Source: Mobula hypostoma
Lineage: Eukaryota
Direction: 5' to 3'
DNA: 64,000 nucleotides
Assembly (NCBI RefSeq): GCF_963921235.1
Contig: NC_086097.1
Span: 176,950,001 to 177,014,000, forward strand
Shown here: piece by piece, positions 61,301 to 64,000 of the stretch
How the letters are laid out: each line of letters opens with the position of its first letter
How positions within the stretch are numbered: position 1 is the first letter of the stretch
Translations under genes and position numbers: made by a program
The notes under the pieces: model-generated
The model's database searches: none
Told to the model about the DNA's origin: nothing
Seen by the model: only the letters and a program-made list of their open reading frames with translations

Positions 61301-61394
61301 CTTCTGCACTTCTGTCTGATCCCAATAACCACACGATTCCATCAGGGTCCAATGTCTGGTGATTTCAGTCTTAGACCTACCTGGACATTGTGAA

Positions 61395-62317
61395 TCCACA
61401 GACTGAAGCGCTGCCAGATCCAACTCAAACTGTATCATCAAGTTTGCTGATACTACAGTGGTTGGCCTCATCAGCAACAATGATTAGTTACATACAGGGA
61501 GGAGGTAGAGAGGCTTATCAAATGATGTGAGAACAACAACCTGAGTCTCAACATGGACAAGACAAAAGAGATGATTGTGGACTTCAAGAAGGCACAGGTT
61601 GACAACTCTCCATTGCACATCGATGGTGCTCTCGTGGAGAGAGTGAAGAGCACGAAGTTCCTTGGTGTGCACATAATGGATAATCTAACCTGGACCCACA
61701 ACACCTCCTTATTTGTCAAGAAGGCACAGCAGCATCTACACTTTCTGAGGAGATTGAGAAGTGCAAGGCTCCCCAACCCCACTTAGCTTTCTACAGGAGC
61801 ACTATTGAGAATGTCCTGTCCAGCTACATCATTGTGTGGTATGGAAGGGGCAAGACATTAGACCGCAAGACCCTACAGTGAATTGTAAAAAATGCCAAGA
61901 GGATCATCAGGGTCTCCCTCCCCACTATTTGTGTAATTTACGGGAGCGTAGTACACAACATTTTTGTGGATCCCTATCACCCATCCCACTATCTCTTTGA
62001 CCCATTACTGTCACAAAGGAGGTATAGGAGGATCAGGATATGGACCGCCAGACTGGCGAACAGCTTTTCCCCTCAGACTGCGAAACTAATGAGTACCCTT
62101 TCACTACCGAGGTCTCAGCAGTAACACAACGAGTTATTTACTGTTTACTGCTTATTGTTTACCTGTGCTTTGAATTATATCTTATTAACTTATTTGTAGT
62201 AATATTTTTGTTTTATGTGCTGAGTGTGATATATGTTTTGTGGGTGCACCATGGTCCAGAAGAACATTGTTTCATTTGGTTATGTGTACAGTCAGATGAC
62301 AATGATCTTGAACTTGA
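61395..62317 (+). mobile_element. Rex1-type LINE 3' fragment
   Basis: IIKFAD.TVVGLI, NNLSLNMDKTKEMIVDFKK, KFLGVHI, KKAQQHLHFLRRL; (cttgaa)n tail. Confidence 0.88.
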
Positions 62318-63062
62318 AAATTCCAAAGGCTTACATTCATCTGAGTGAATAAAATTCTGTTTGTCTCTGATCCAAATGATAAACCCTTATCCTTATTCCA
62401 TGACCTCTATTTACAGAGTGCCAAGCCACAGGGAACAATCTCTCTTCATCCAATACATCAAGCTCTCTTAAGTATTTTATATGGTCCAGTGGGTTCTTCT
62501 CCTTGCACATTCTCTAAGGCTATTGATCTACCACATTCAATATCATTGGACAGGCCTCTCATCTCAAATATTAATGCAGTGAATATTTGTTGCGCAGTGT
62601 CATTGAGTCACTTACACAGAAAAAGACCCCACAGCTACAGAAGTCCATTCTGACCATCAAATTTGAGTTTATTGTTGGATGCACAGGTTTAAATTTACAG
62701 GAATAAATCTTGCACTGATTTACATTGAACATACATTATTCTCCCCACATTCTCATTAACTCACTACTTCCCACGGCTACCGCTGGACAGAAAGTTCAGA
62801 AGCCTGAAGTCCCACTCACAGCTGCTTCCCTTCAGCTGCTTGGTCCTTGAACCAACTTGAACAATTCAAATCACCCCCTCAGAATAGCAACATTGTGACC
62901 ACCGTGAGCACCTTGCGCGACAAATGACTTCTGTTCTAATTGTGATCCTTCTTGTAAAAGACTCTGCATAATTTGTGTTTGATTTTTTTTTGCGAATGCC
63001 ACTTTTCTGATGCTACATGCCTGTGATGCTGTTGCAGGTATGTTTTTCATTGGACCTGTGCA

Positions 63063-63760
63063 GTCAAGATTCAAGACTGTTTAATGTCATTTCCTGTACA
63101 CAGGTTTGAGGAGAACAAAATAATTGTTACTCCAAATCCAGTACAGCACAAAAAAATAAAAAACACAAAAGATAACACAATAATAATAATAAAACACAAT
63201 AAAAATAAATACATAAGATAGCTTATGTACATAGATTGAATGTATATCCATAAAGTGAGTTAGTCCTGATGAAGGGTCTCGGCCTGAAACGTCGACTGCG
63301 CCTCTTCCTATAGATGCTGCTTGGCCTGCTGCGTTCACCAGCAACTTTGATGTGTGTTCCATAAAGTGATATTAGGTTGTACAGAAGGTAACTGACAGGA
63401 AATAATAAAGTAGTGATGGAGTTAATGGGTGGAAGTGTTGATCAATCTTACTGCTTGAGGAAAGTAACCGGTTTTGAGTCTGGTGGTTCTGACATGGCTG
63501 CAATTCCCACCTCCCCGCTTCCTGGTGGGAGAGGGATGGATGATCCACAAGCAGGGTGTGTGGCATCCTTCATGTTACTGGCCATTTTCTGGGACCTTTC
63601 TGCATATATGTCCTTAATGCCGGGTAGACTGGTGCCAGTGATGCAGTAAGCAGTTTTGACTACCTGTTGTAGACCCTCCTGTCCGCCGTAGTGCAGTTAC
63701 CATACTAAGCAGTGATGCAGCCTGTCAGGATGGTCTCTACTGCATATCTGTAGAATGACG
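63063..63760 (-). mobile_element. Rex1-type LINE 3' fragment carrying a 99-bp Penelope insertion
   Basis: 3' UTR with a (cttgaat)-like tail; upstream ILQICSRDHPDRLHHC is an alternate-frame remnant of the Rex1 RT C-terminus. Confidence 0.7.
63259..63357 (+). mobile_element. 99-bp Penelope pLTR fragment with an intact hammerhead core and a 12-bp TSD
   Basis: TSD tccataaagtga at 63247-63258 and 63358-63369. Two differences from 51984-52082. Confidence 0.9.
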
Positions 63761-64000
63761 TGAATAGCAGCGTTGAATGCTGAACTGAAATCCAGAAACA
63801 GCATTCTAACATGTGTCAGAGCGTATATGTATGTATTTGTACAAGTGATAATAAACCGATATCCCACACAAGTGTTTTGTGTATTGCTTCAGAGTCTAGT
63901 ATCTGTAGTCTTGTGTGTCTCTGGCAATAAACTCAACTTTGATCTAAAACTCTCTCAGGACAAAATACAGTGACCAATTGACCAATCAATCCTCATATCT

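Overview
Repeat-saturated eukaryotic DNA, intergenic or deep intronic. The repeat repertoire (CR1, Rex1-type and RTE LINEs, Penelope-like elements, HE1/V-SINE and DeuSINE-like SINEs) suggests a cartilaginous fish; that is an inference. I found no intact host protein-coding exon, tRNA, rRNA or CRISPR array. Main contents: a complete Ty3/gypsy LTR element with TSD, tRNA-Trp PBS and PPT (12591-16970, minus); an older degenerate gypsy (28103-~33597); a near full-length CR1 LINE (42088-46196) plus truncated copies; a young 5'-truncated Penelope-like element with RT, GIY-YIG and a minimal hammerhead ribozyme (49243-52121); L1, Tx1 and Rex1 fragments, often nested; a 33-bp minisatellite; and a prefoldin-2 (PFDN2) retropseudogene missed by the ORF track (~6900-7418). 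The most interesting signals are RNA-structural: a 612-bp non-coding retroposon whose 5' end fits an HDV-like ribozyme, a second weaker HDV-like candidate, and a 99-bp hammerhead-only insertion with its own TSD. Family assignments come from motif recognition by eye, with no database search.
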